Source: Oikopleura dioica
Lineage: Eukaryota > Animalia > Chordata
NCBI GenBank assembly: GCA_907165135.1
Contig: OU015568.1
Span: forward strand, 7,688,001-7,752,000
DNA: 64,000 bases
Direction of reading: 5' to 3'
A program made the translations under genes and the position numbers. Numbering within the stretch: the stretch's first letter is position 1; the number at the start of each line of letters is the position of its first letter. Shown one piece after another: positions 34,301 through 46,000 of the stretch. Below the pieces are notes generated by a model. The model was not told the origin of the DNA. It was given only the letters and a program-made list of their open reading frames with translations, and made no database searches.

Positions 34301-35702
34301 CTTCGCGGCTTCTTATCTAAAAAAGCCGCTACGCGGCTTTTCAAAAAAAAATTTTCAAACCCTGACTCAGGTTTTTCACAAGTATCCAAGTCTGGAAAAG
34401 ATTCTATATTGTGTTTTCTGGACGATACTTTTTTGCAAGGAATCTTTTTCTGCTCGACTTCTTTTCAAGTTCCTCATTACAGTATATTTATGCAGTAATG
34501 CGCAAGAAAAAAATCCCATCTGGGTGGGCGAGGGGATCAGGGATGATGTTACTTTTAATTAAAATAAGCACGTTCCCACTTCTCTCGGCTGCAAAGAAGT
34601 GAAACAAGGACCGAGCATAATTTTTGAATCAATAATTTCACGTAACTTCTTTTCGGGAAATTTTACTCAATCAATCGAAATTAAAATTTCACGCGAAGAT
34701 GTCACGTTACATAAATATGTTTCAGTTACGAGATTAAATATTAGAACCGCCGAACTTTGAACAACTGTATCTTTTTTTTTACTATAGCGACACCCTTAAA
34801 TTCTTGGCTCAAAATACTCCTCAAAGCCTTCGCTTCATTATGAGACCAAAAAATTGGTCAAAAATTTAACCTAATTGGTCAAAATTAACCTTTTAGAACC
34901 ACCGAACTTTGAACAACTGTATCTTTCTTTTTTTCAATAGTGACACCCTTAAATTTTTGACTCAAAATACTCCTCGTAGCCTTAACTTCAATATGAGACC
35001 AAAAAGTTGGTCAAAACTTAACCTAACTCGTCAAAATTAACCAATCACAGGAAATGGCTCCTAAACACTCCTTCATCCATGCAGAAGACTTCGCTACTCC
35101 TTCCGATTTGGTCGAATACCTCGACTACTTGGACAACAACGATACCGCTTATTTGGAATACCACGCCTGGCGAAATGAAATCCCAACCTTTGACGAACCA
35201 ATGATGGGCTCGACAGAAAGGATGCTCTGCGGAGCTTGCAAAGAAATCGCGCTCAGAAAGTCGCAAGGATTTCCAAAGAGAATGATCGACTCGGTAAGGA
35301 GTTTTTCTATCTGAGCCTGTGTGGGAACCTGTGTAGAAAACCTGAGTCAGGGTTCCGAAATAGCTTCGATAAAAGCCCCTTAGCACTTTCAGAACCCTGT
35401 GTCAGGGACCCTGACTCAGGTTTTCTTCCAAGTTTGCCGACCGTACTTTTTTTTATTATCGTTGTGATACCCTTATTTTTCAGGTCGCAAGTTGGTGGTG
35501 GATGAACACACACGACGACATGTGCGTCCAAGGAACAGAAATCCCAGACTGGCTCAACGAGATCCCCGTCGTTTCAATGGAAGACTCCTACGACGAGAAA
35601 AGAGAGGGTAACATCATAACCCCTTCAGATCTTTCAGAGGACTTCTCCCTTCTCGCGACGCTCCAAGAGAAACCAACTCACCACAAGCGCCGACGCCGCT
35701 AA
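22304..35702 (+). CDS. Alpha-1,3-fucosyltransferase (CAZy GT10), multi-exon with large introns
   Basis: Exons at 26601-26755 (KVLILDW), 27890- ([20 protein letters not shown]), 31645-31851 ([14 protein letters not shown]), 33683- (VSNC), 33939-34067 ([22 protein letters not shown], the alpha-1,3-FucT motif), 35051- ([12 protein letters not shown]) and 35484-35702. The first exon 22304-22351 ([16 protein letters not shown]) is phase-compatible but inferred. Confidence 0.85.
23471..23587. mobile_element. MITE family B copy (GAGAAGCCGCTTGCGGCTTCGAG foldback)
   Basis: Near-perfect palindrome AATCGAGAAGCCGCTTGCGGCTTCGAGTAA ... TTACTCGAAGCCGCAAGCGGCTTCTCGATT with a central GCCGCGC-TTC-GCG hairpin. 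Confidence 0.85.
24458..24609. mobile_element. MITE family A copy (partial core, extra arm fragment to ~24640)
   Basis: CCTGAGTCAGG and CCTGACTCAGG arms plus an AAGCCGCAACGCGGCTT hairpin. Confidence 0.8.
25238..25336. mobile_element. MITE family A short copy
   Basis: CAGGGCTCGGCAGCCTGTGTTGAAAACCTGAGTCAGG and its inverse, without a core. Confidence 0.85.
26090..26253. mobile_element. MITE family A copy
   Basis: Both arms and two hairpins present. Confidence 0.85.
27130..27753. mobile_element. MITE family A copy split by a nested insertion
   Basis: Left part 27130-27263 and right arm 27717-27753 are separated by a second element. Confidence 0.8.
27272..27708. mobile_element. Nested non-autonomous TIR element with subterminal GCAGAATAGTTCT minisatellite
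   Basis: ~45-bp TIR (GGGAxxxxxTCGAAACAATTCTGCATGCAGAACTATTCTGCA). 8-bp TSD GGTTTAGG at 27264-27271 and 27709-27716. About ten GCAGAATAGTTCT units at 27487-27685. Confidence 0.85.
29053..29300. mobile_element. MITE family B, one partial and one full copy in tandem
   Basis: AATCGAGAAGCCGCTTGCGGCTTCGAG at ~29058 and ~29181, and the inverse at ~29258-29283. Confidence 0.8.
30046..30264. mobile_element. MITE family A copy
   Basis: Degenerate arms and four GCCGC hairpins. Confidence 0.82.
30379..30695. mobile_element. hAT-type foldback MITE (TAGGCCTCGGACGTAAAAA termini), 317 bp
   Basis: ~130-bp inverted arms and an exact 8-bp TSD GTAATAAT (30371-30378, 30696-30703). Confidence 0.9.
33082..33291. 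mobile_element. MITE family A copy
   Basis: Arms and hairpins; the left end is truncated. Confidence 0.8.
34176..34393. mobile_element. MITE family A copy
   Basis: CTGGGCTCAGCAATCTGTGTAG left end with the core hairpins. Confidence 0.82.
34741..35043. repeat. Tandem duplication, 2 x ~152 bp, in a fucosyltransferase intron
   Basis: TTAGAACC(G/A)CCGAACTTTGAACAACTGTATC...GACACCCTTAA...GGTCAAAATTAACC repeated at 34741 and 34893. Confidence 0.88.
35311..35442. mobile_element. MITE family A short copy in the last FucT intron
   Basis: AAAACCTGAGTCAGG ... CCTGACTCAGGTTTT without hairpins. Confidence 0.78.
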
Positions 35703-36660
35703 TTTTCAACCCTTTAGCCGCAAATTTCTTAAATTCTCTCTTGACTTTTAGCGCATTTTCTTTTCGAGATACTATTTGATTTTTTATATATTTTTTAACT
35801 TTAATATTTAGTTAAAAAATTTTTTTCTTAAAAATTTTTCAAGGATTTTCGAAATTTACTTTAAGTAATCCAAAAATTTTTATTTTGGAATTTTCGATCT
35901 TGAATCAATTTTTTTTTTCGGAAGATTTTTAATAGAAAAATCAACGAGTATTTCGCCGAGAATCAAATTCTCGCGCTAGAATTTACAAGCTTTGCTACAG
36001 GTACTTTTATTTCGCCAGTTGATAAAATTGGCGAATTCAAGACGAAATTCCACAAAATAATGTTGTACAAAATGAAATTTTATATTTTACAAAAAAGCGT
36101 TTTATACTTTCATCAAAATTGCTCGCGCGAATTTTTTAACCAAAAAAATCGCAAGCTCCAATAAAAAAATAAGACCAAAAAAAGACCACAAAAACTGAAG
36201 CAAAAAAAATGGCGCAGTCCCGGACTTGGAAGAAAACCGATAATGGCCTCAACCGAATAATAAAAAAATGGACTGAAGAAAGCGCTCAAAACAGAAGCTC
36301 AGAAACTGTAATCTGTTTCTCGTGTGTCTAAATACTGTACATAAATAAACTCCACTGCTAACATTTTACAAGACTATTTTTTTGAAAAATTGCCGTTTCA
36401 CAGCAATGAATAGGCTTTGCAAAGCTTTTATTTTTGAGTTTCGTAGTAATATTGATGCAAGCAAGAAAAAAATTTCAAATAAACGCAATTATTTGATTGA
36501 GAGTCGAAAAAGGATATATTTCCCAACCGAGGACAAAAGCATCTTATGCTCAGCAAATATCAAGCAAAAAGATATTCAAATGTCATTTATTCGCCTTTTG
36601 ACCTTGAGTTACATGTATTTATTGAGACACGTTTTCGAAAAATTTTATTCTGAGTAGAGA

Positions 36661-38322
36661 ATGATTTTATCTATAGATTTATTTCTTTTTCTGGCATTGC
36701 TTGATATTTCTAATGCAAGAGCATCTCTTCGAGATGAAAGTATAACTAATGCTGTCCCCGGTGAAAATAAGACATATTCAAATAATATGACAAAGTCGTG
36801 CGTGTAAGTCAACTAAAAACTTATCGAAAACCTAACGTTTCGTTCATTTAAAGTGATGAGGATTTATATGACGAGTGCTCGGGCTATTGTCGACTTGATT
36901 ATTTACAATGCTTATCGGATTGTGACTCGTCTTTATGTCAAAATGAATGCTTGAAAATATTTTCAGGTGATAAGAAATAAATTTTAGATAATTTTAAATA
37001 TTTATTTTTCATAATTATATGCATAATGATTATTAAAGAAAATAATAATCTTATAATCAGTCTCAATACTCTCAATAATTATTATAAGATTGCACCTCTT
37101 TTTGTCCCTGTGGTATTGAGTGCCCCGCTGGCTGCGCTGGATGTGGACATCCAATTTGTAACGATGGCACAGAACCGAGTCCAGTATAAAAAAAATAAAA
37201 ATCTAATGTTACTTACTGAATAGGCTGATGATCACTTATTGGTCTTATTGTATCAAATAAGTACATCATCCATTCACTCATACATTACCTCTGGCGACGG
37301 TTCAACAATTACAAGGCCAACGATAACTGCTCCTGATAATTTTGCTGCCTCAGGCAACCTTTTTGCAGTCATAAGGGATTCTCTTTATGTTTTTGATTCT
37401 CGAAAGGTTTATTTATGATAATTTATGATTGTTTTTTTTTTAAATTTTTAAGATTGGAAAGCTTGTTGGTTGTGATTTTTCTCTGCTTTCTGTACAATTA
37501 AATTTTAAACATGGATTTTCTGGCGGCTCTCTATCAATTGAGAATGGTGCAAAAGGTTTCATTATATTTAATAATCATTTATATAGAGAAATTTAAGCTT
37601 TGATTTGCTTTCCTATTGAGGATTATGCTCTACCAGGCACACCAGTAGATAGAGGATGTGAAATTTTCGACGGGACAACTGTAAAATTGACGAGATCATC
37701 TCGTTATACTCATGAAATGGGAAGGCTTGGATTATACGAAGGTGAACCAATAACCGTTGGCGGTAGAAAGCAAGATAGTCATCGTAAAGTAGAAACGTAC
37801 ACCCCAGATGGCTGGAAATCCATAATCCAGGATCACCCAAGGTTATATATTATTTTAAATGATTCATGATCATTTATATTTATATTTTGTATTTTAAATC
37901 ATACACTTATGTAGAACTATCTACGGTCACACTCTTACTGGTCTTGATAACGGTTCGTTATTATTTGCAGGAGGAAACAACTGGGATACTGAATATGAGA
38001 CAAAAGAACTTTGGTTGCTCAAAAAAGGAGAGTGGTCACTTCTTGGGTTATTAAAGGCTGTAAGTTTAACCCGAATGAATCTTCAAAAATATTTTTTTGC
38101 ATTTTTCAGTTTAATTTTGTTGGCTCATCAATAAAAATTGGACCTTATGTTTACGTTGCTTCTGGGAATACTCCGACAAGCCTCGATGGTATCAATATAA
38201 TATATCCAGTGGAAAGAATCTATGTGAAAGAGGGCCAGCTGATTAACACAGAAATAATTTCGTCGCATCCTGGTAATATTTATCCTGTCTTATATGAAAC
38301 AACTTCCAACTTTTGCATTTGA
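36661..38322 (+). CDS. Secreted protein with N-terminal Cys-rich domain and Kelch-like beta-propeller (about 8 exons)
   Basis: Signal peptide MILSIDLFLFLALLDISNA; Cys-rich DECSGYCRLDYLQCLSDCDSSLCQNEC..CPCGIECPAGCAGCGHPIC; Kelch-like blades PITVGG..VETY..W, LLFAGG..LWLLKKGEW and YVYVASG. Short AT-rich GT-AG introns. Confidence 0.75.
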
Positions 38323-38506
38323 AATTTCATTCTTGTGTCATGTTCTCGATATAAATTTCAAGATTTCAATCAAAGACTCATACAAATAAAAATATTCGAT
38401 TTATTGTCAACAAAAGTCAGTGAAAAATTATTGAATTCATCAAAATCTACGTAGTTATTCCGGCTGGTGCATCATAGAAAATAGTAATAATAAAAGCAAG
38501 AAAAAC

Positions 38507-38885
38507 AGTGACCAAAAGCTATTGTCAGATTTAAGCATCCCTACGTCCAGAAATATCATTACCCACTGAAAAACGTGGCCAGTTTTGTTAAATATCGTAT
38601 TGTTTTGCCGTTTTACTGACAATTTTGATTAAATTATATTTTTGATGTTGTCATACAAACAAAAATCAGTTATTAATTATCGACAGTGACAAATAAATTG
38701 AATCAATTACTCTGCTCTACGTAGGTATACGGTACCTGCATTGGTCAACCAAAAGGATGATGGCTGATTTGATGATTGTGCATTTTAGAAAGCTAGAAAA
38801 AGAGTGACCAAAAGCTCATGTCAGATCGAAGCATCCCTACGCCCGGAAATATCATTCCCCACTGGAATGCATGGCCAGTTTTGTT
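38507..38885. repeat. Dispersed direct repeat pair (~82 bp at 38507-38588 and 38803-38885)
   Basis: AGTGACCAAAAGCT..GTCAGAT..AAGCATCCCTACG.CC.GAAATATCATT.CCCACTG....TGGCCAGTTTTGTT occurs twice. Confidence 0.8.
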
Positions 38886-39571
38886 TACGATTTTACGCTC
38901 GTCTCGATTTGAGGATCAATCGTTCAGGAATGCAGGAATTGTTGTTTTTCCTTTGAAGTCATCAGGCTCATGCGTATTGCCTAAAGATTATAGTAACCGT
39001 GCAAAGCGCGTATTCAGCAAGCTAGAAGAAGAATCCCTGAAATGTTTGTATTGGCTTCGAATTTACGGCTTATGGAAGCTTCCGCTAATCTTTAAATCTT
39101 CGAAATCATCGAAATTTTCGACATTTTCGCGCTGGAAAATAAATTCTTCATGAATTTCGTTAATTTTTCTTTACCAAAAGTAGTTTCAATAGAAACAAAC
39201 TGGCATCTAATAAGCAAATATTTCATGGTCAGTTAGAAATTGAGGCATTTCGAGCTTTCAATTTTTCAAATTCGTGATGGTAAGATGTTCATTTGGAGCA
39301 AATGGCCGTTCTTTTTTCTCGAAAATCGATGATTGGAAGATCGCATGAGAAAGTCGGTAAAGTTACAGTAAGTTTTATTAGCATTAAAAATCTGCGGGAT
39401 CGGATTAAGATCGATTGCGAGTTTTTTGGATTCCTGTCGAGGACGTTCTATCTAAACAGATCTAATCCAGAAACTTTTGAGCTGCGAACTTTTTCGTATT
39501 CCTCAGTTACCTCTTCAGAGAATAATGAGAATTTGGCCGTTTTTGGCGTTTCTTGCGACAGGCTTTTCAGG

Positions 39572-39784
39572 CTGGGCTCGGAAACCTGTGAAGAAAATCT
39601 GAGTCAGATTCCAAAGAGCTAAAATCGAAAGCCGCGTAGGCTTCGGAAGAAAATCATTTTAATCTTTGATTAAATTCTAGCAAAGCCGCCTCGTGGCTTC
39701 GTCTTTAAATAAGCCGCTGCGCGGCTTTTGATTTAAACTTTCAAGAACCTGACTCAGGATATTTACACAGGTTGCCGAGCCCAG
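39572..39784. mobile_element. MITE family A copy
   Basis: CTGGGCTCGG...CCGAGCCCAG termini with exact 8-bp TSD TTTTCAGG (39564-39571, 39785-39792). Confidence 0.92.
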
Positions 39785-40059
39785 TTTTCAGGACCAAATC
39801 CAAAAAGAAACGGGTTTTCACCTCAAAACGTTTAAATTTTCACCTTTATTCACTTTTTCTAAGGATTTGCGTCTTCAAATGCTCGTTATTATAGACTTAT
39901 GCTTTACGCGACTTTTGACGGCCAGACAAAAAGGCTCTTGTTGTTAATAGCCGTTTTTGCGGACTTCGCAAGCTCTACGTTATTTATGTATACGTTTTTT
40001 GACTCGAAAATTGCCCTAACAAATTGGATTATTGAAAAACTATGAAACTCGTTTGCAAG

Positions 40060-43000
40060 ACACGTTGTTTGTAATTACGATGAGTATTGCGACAATGCTT
40101 GCGACTCGATGATTTGCGAGTATAACTGGTACAGTATTATACCCTTTTTTACAGTATTAGTAATACTGTATTACGCATGTGGAATAAATAAACCAGCGTT
40201 GTTTCGGGTCAAACTTAGCCAAAATATACATGTTCACAAAATTGTCGATAGAAAAATCCGAGAAGCCGCTTCGGGTTTCGAGCCAAAAATGATAAAAAAA
40301 AATGCCGCGCGAAGCGCGGCTCCTTTATTTGTTTCTCGAAGCGGCTTCTCGGATTTTTCTAGCCGAAAATGAAACCCTAAAATTCATGTTTTAGGATTAT
40401 TGCTGAGCGACACAGTACTACCTGGCGAACTACAGATCACGATGACGGCAGAACAAAAGAATACGCCGTCGAAATTGACCCCAAAGAAGCGAAAGTGAAT
40501 GTTAAAACAAATCGGTTTTACAGGAAGGTTTCCACGAAGAAATTCTGAATTGAATAAATTTTCGTTCGCGAAAATTTCGAATTGGATGGCAAATTCAAAA
40601 TGGATTGCGGGAAATCGAAAAAGTAAAGCGCCAAAAGACGCAGATGGGAAATTCAAAAAGCCGGAAGATGAGCTGCGGAATATTCAGATGCTTGACGGGC
40701 GCGAATATCGGAGAATCATCACCATCAACAACCACTTCCCAGGGCCGGTTATTCGAGTCAGAAAGGGAGCAGCCGTCATTGTCAATGTCAGGAACGAAAT
40801 GCCGATTCAGGCTGCGACCGTTCACTGGCATGGTATTTTGGTAAGCAATTTTTTAAATTAAAAAGCAAGGATTTATTAAGCAAGAAGTAGAAATAATTAA
40901 TTATTTTTCAGAAATCTAGCAATTCTCTTTTTCATTTTTAATTTCAAATTCGCTCTTGAATTTCGCCGGATCGCGTGGAAATTCAAGTTGTTCTGCATTC
41001 GGTTGTACCAGGCCAAATCCGCGTAGACCAGCGACAGAAGTGTAATGAAAAAATTCAGCTTCATGAGTTCCTTTTTTCTCTTGTTTTTAAATAATCAGGT
41101 TATTCTTCCTTCTGAGAAGGAATCTTATGAAGCCACTGATTTTTATATGAGCTGACAATGAGTGGCGGATGAGAATATCGCTGTAGTCCCCGTTTTTTTA
41201 GTCAAAAATGACTCCCAAATCTATATTATTGTATTTTATATCAGATAAAATAGATCGACACATCGCCTTCTTCACAGTATGAAATACAGTCAGTGCTTCA
41301 TTTTCCACTCAGCACCATATTTTTTTAACTTCCTAGACGTCATCGTAATCCAAAAAGCACGACTCTCTCTTCATTTGCTGAAATTTTAACTTTCTTATCA
41401 CTTTTTCCTTCCAAAGGAAAACATAAATTTTAATCCTTATCGGTACATATCGCCAGCCCAAACATCATCATCCATCTTTTACACCGCAGGCGCGGACTCT
41501 AAAATTTTGTCACGAAAAATAATATCTTCATAATATGCATCATCTTAGTTTATAAATAATATGAAACAATCATTATCTACCGTTTTTTCTTTTTATGTTT
41601 TGAAACTTACGGTATCAAAACGATACTTCCAAGAAACAAGATCGAACAGATCATTTTTTCTAATTTGGATTATTCAAAAATAGTTGACAAAGTGGGACAA
41701 AGAACTCGACCTAACAAAAGTGTGACATTATGAAATATTCCTTCTTGAATTGAATCAGCCAGTTTTGTATAAAGTTTTAGTTTCTCGGGTAATTGGCTCA
41801 TCAACTGAGCACCTGAGCAGCGCGGCAATTCCTCGTAATACCGTTTTCGCCAGTCGTTAATTAGGGTGCCAAGTGAACACCCGCAAATCTCCCGGAACAT
41901 GACTTGTCACCGACAGGCCAGAATTTTTTCCATTCTTGATCTTGGCGGCTTGGCAGCTGACCAGTTCCATACCAACAGGAATATAATCTAATGTCTCGTT
42001 TTAAAATCAAAGATTTTTCAATCATTCAGATGACGAATAATTTCTGGATGGATGGAGCTGCTTTTATCAACCAATGTCCGATTCTCCCGCATCAAAAATT
42101 CACATATTCCTGGAAAGCGGAAAATGCCGGTACTTTCTGGTACCACACTCATTCTAGGGCTCTCGAAGATAGCGCGATTATTTGATCCCTAACACGCCGT
42201 AATTAAGTTAATGCAAGTTAATACTGTAATTCAGTCCATTAGAGAGCCTTGTACAGTTAGCTAACCAGCGGATGGACGGGATCTTTGGCGGCATCATAAT
42301 TCACGATCCAAGTGCTTATACACCTGGGATTCCTTTAGGAACGAGTTAGTATTGACAAGTAAAGATTTCGACAAAGAAAGCCCTTTTTCTTATCTAAAAT
42401 CCGCCAACTTAAAAATTTAATCCTTCCTTAGTAAAATTTTTTTTAATCCTTTTCTCCGACCTCCCCTTTTTTCTTTTGTAAATATACACAGGAAATCTAA
42501 AAATCCGGTATTGAAGTCCCCGTTAAATTTAAATTCTTTTAGGACCCATATTTTTAAGCCGACCTACATAGTTGGGGTTAATTATATTTGAATATTTTCT
42601 GTAAGAATTTCGCCGAAAAGCGCGATAATCCAATGAGTGCGGCCTACGGTTAGTCGTTTCGTTTGCGTCGCAAAACGGTTATTTATGAAATTTTCAAAGC
42701 AGGGGGATTTTACGTAGTGAATCATTAGGATTAGTTTAGAGAAGGCGCGTTACCATTTTTATCCGCATAAAATTTAATGGACTCGTTTCTGAGTCTTATT
42801 CGATTGGTTTCAGACAAACTCGCTGGACATTGTCACCTCTAATCCTTTCGGAAAATCAGGTAATTTTGAAATTAAAATTTTGAAACAAGAAATCAAGCGT
42901 GAAGTGAAATTAAAACTCGATAAACCACTTGATATAGAGCGGACACGAAATTTTCAGGAACTGGCATGGCTCACTGTAATCACGCGGAGGAGAGCTTTAC

Positions 43001-46000
43001 AAAGGGCGTCAAAGTTAGCAGCTTGTGTATGGAAACCGGTTCGCTCTCTATTTTCTAAAGCGGCATTGGCGCGTTTTTGATGTCAATAAAAAACGTAACC
43101 GGCGAAAGACTCGATCTTGGTAAACGGTCACGGGCAGTGGCGAAACCCAGAAAACTACTCTGAAGCGTCGTCATCGATTTTAGAGACCTACGAAGGGCGC
43201 GGTTGGTCACTTCTTGCGCACGTCTACTCGCGCGAGATTGATGATTTCTTATCTCAATCACCAGACACCTTATAATTTGCGACTTTATCTCATTCCGTAG
43301 TCGGCCGAATAGACTGGCCAGACTGATAAATTTCGGTAACTGATGGGCGTTGAATTCTTACAAATTACTTTCTAATAAGAAAATAAATGTAGCAATAGAT
43401 CTTGCTGTTACACCAAAATCTATTAGTATAAGGTCTTGGTGTAACAACAAGATAAAAACGTAACTATGAACTATTCTAAAACTCTAGCACTTATTACTCT
43501 ATTGCAGATGCATTAGCTGCCAAATAGGATAAAGGATGTTCTTCCACTTTGTTTTACCAAAAGCTCAGCTGCTGTCTGGTTTAAAATAGCTTGTAAGATG
43601 CTCAAATTAACGGTATTTAACGGTTATTCCATTTTGTTTCAAATATAGTAGAACTGTAAACAAATCAATTTCAAGGACCCACCATTGAGAAATGGATAGA
43701 GACAGATTCGTCTCTTTTTCTTTTAAAGCAACCGCGCTTGAGTGCCAGAAACGGAGCCGACGATTCTGGTACACGTGATACATGGCGGGTTCGAGTTTCC
43801 GATCAAATTTTATCGCCACGACAGACAGAAATTCACCGTTGTCGAAACTGATGGAGGAACGGGACGACATCGAGTTTCCTTGCTCGTACGCTGATTCAGG
43901 CGAAATTGACAGGCGGGTGATTAAGCTAGACATGCAAGGAAGGTACGCATTTGTGACTCGTACCGGATAATTGCGTGGTTTTTCTAAATGAAAGACATTT
44001 ATACTTCCTTGGGAAAGGAACGATCCAAATTTGAAAAAATGATCGATCATGATTTTTTCTTTTCTCAGGGGGAACTGGAAAGGTACTGTTTAATTTTGTA
44101 TTTGGGTGTATGTGAAAAAAGGAACACTCGGTGAGTCCCAGATAAGGAGAGCTAGAAGAGGTTCAAGTGGATGATATCGTTATCGGCATAGGCGAAACTT
44201 ACGTCATTTGTCTCCCTGCTACCTGGAGTCGAGTTCCTTAAAATAATTTTAAGGCCCTCCAAGAGCTCTTAAAAATTCGTACAGTAGCTTTATATAGTTG
44301 GAGATCTCAACATCGTAATCTTAAGTCGATGCATTCTAAAACGATCTGACTGTCAGATTTTGTGTTATCGCTCTTGTAATATCGAAATAAGGAACTTATG
44401 ACAAAGTGGTGACTTATATCTACGAGCAGAGCTGATGGTCGAGTGCAAAGGAAAAAGATCGAAAAGAGACGAATTTATGGATGTAATCGTCTCTTTTCGA
44501 ACTTTTGAAAAGGCTACCAATGCAAGGCAGGAAGGGTGAGCGTCCGTTTGATTCGCGGCGCATATGCTGATTAGACAGGAAAAAAGTGCTGGCGCTGATA
44601 AGAGCATGGAAAGCGTGGAAGCAGACTGTAAACATATACTTTCCATAAATTACAAGTTGGTGATAAGCGTTATCACGTTCAGAAGAATGGAAATCCAGCT
44701 CGTTACGAACCATTCCTAGGTGGAATTCATCGACTGAGATTTGCATATTTGGAACGTAGAATTTAAGAGCAAGAGGAAGTCTTTTTTATGTCTTCGAAGG
44801 AAAAATGCTTTTTCAAAAAATATGGCATTTGCCAGAATCTTACTGAGCCGTGGAAATCGATGTTGTAAAATCGCTGTTCTGTGTTTTGCTCACCCGAAAT
44901 AGTTGAGGTGCCGTTTGCGGATATCGTGATCAGAAGAAGTTCCGCCACAGAAGTGATCAGACCCCACCACAGGGTCGTGACACCACTTACTGAAGTCAAG
45001 CTCAGTTTTCACGAAAATCTCGACATCGAATGCGACAATCGTAAAAAATGCCTGTCGCAATACTCAGGGCTTCACTTGTGAAACTGTCAAAAGCGTCCAC
45101 TTGACGAGATTTGTACCGATTTGCGGCCCTGCGTTACGCTCAACTGTCCGTGGGGACGATATCCGCGACTGGCCAAGGGTTGAACCTAACTCTAATGAAA
45201 TTAATTAGTAGCGTTTTCCGTCGAACAGGTTTCAACTCATTTTGAAGATAAAGCTAATAAGTACAAGTATCACACTTGTAAAACGATCGACTCGCTGAGA
45301 AGGATCGTGCTCAACTTGTTAAAAATCAAGTTTCATTTTTTCCGAACTCAGATCCTTCAATAATCATTGAACATGAAAAAGGACACGTCGTCCAACAGCT
45401 TCCCACGTCGAGGAACCCGGAAATGAGCTCACTTAGCTGCCGCTCTTATCTTACATAAGTTCATCTCCGAAAACTCTCGCACCCCTTTGTCACCGCTCTC
45501 AAAATGTATGTTCCCAAAGTTTTTTTTCTGTTTATTATGCGTGGCGAAAGATATTAACACTAAGTAAAAAATACGACTTACTCTTCCAAAAAATGAGAGG
45601 TGCTCCTCGAGTTCGCGAGAGTTTTCGCTGTCACGTGACAATTCGCAATTAACTTGACGGCTTCCGGAGTCCAAATCAAAGACATATTCGCCGCACAAGG
45701 ATGAACGAATCGATCATTTGCTGAATGTTACATTCAATTTCGCAGTTGGCTCGAGCATCAACAACATCAAATTCAAATATCCGGGAAATTGGCTCATCAA
45801 TAAAAAATATTTAATCAGGCAATTCTGGACTCGGCAACCTGTGTAAAAACCTGTGGCAGGGTCTGAAAGTCGTATAGATTTGATTGGGATGCTGATTTCG
45901 CGAAGCCGCTTTGCGGCTTCGTTTTTAAAAAAGCCGCGTAGCGGCTTTTCATCAAACATCTTTTAGACCCTTACTCAGGTTTTCTGCTCAGGTTGTCGAG

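Noticed and set aside
41670-41900. Minus-strand 76 aa ORF in a laccase intron (possible nested gene or retroelement fragment)
   Set aside because: No diagnostic gag, pol or domain motif and no clear splice sites; insufficient evidence.
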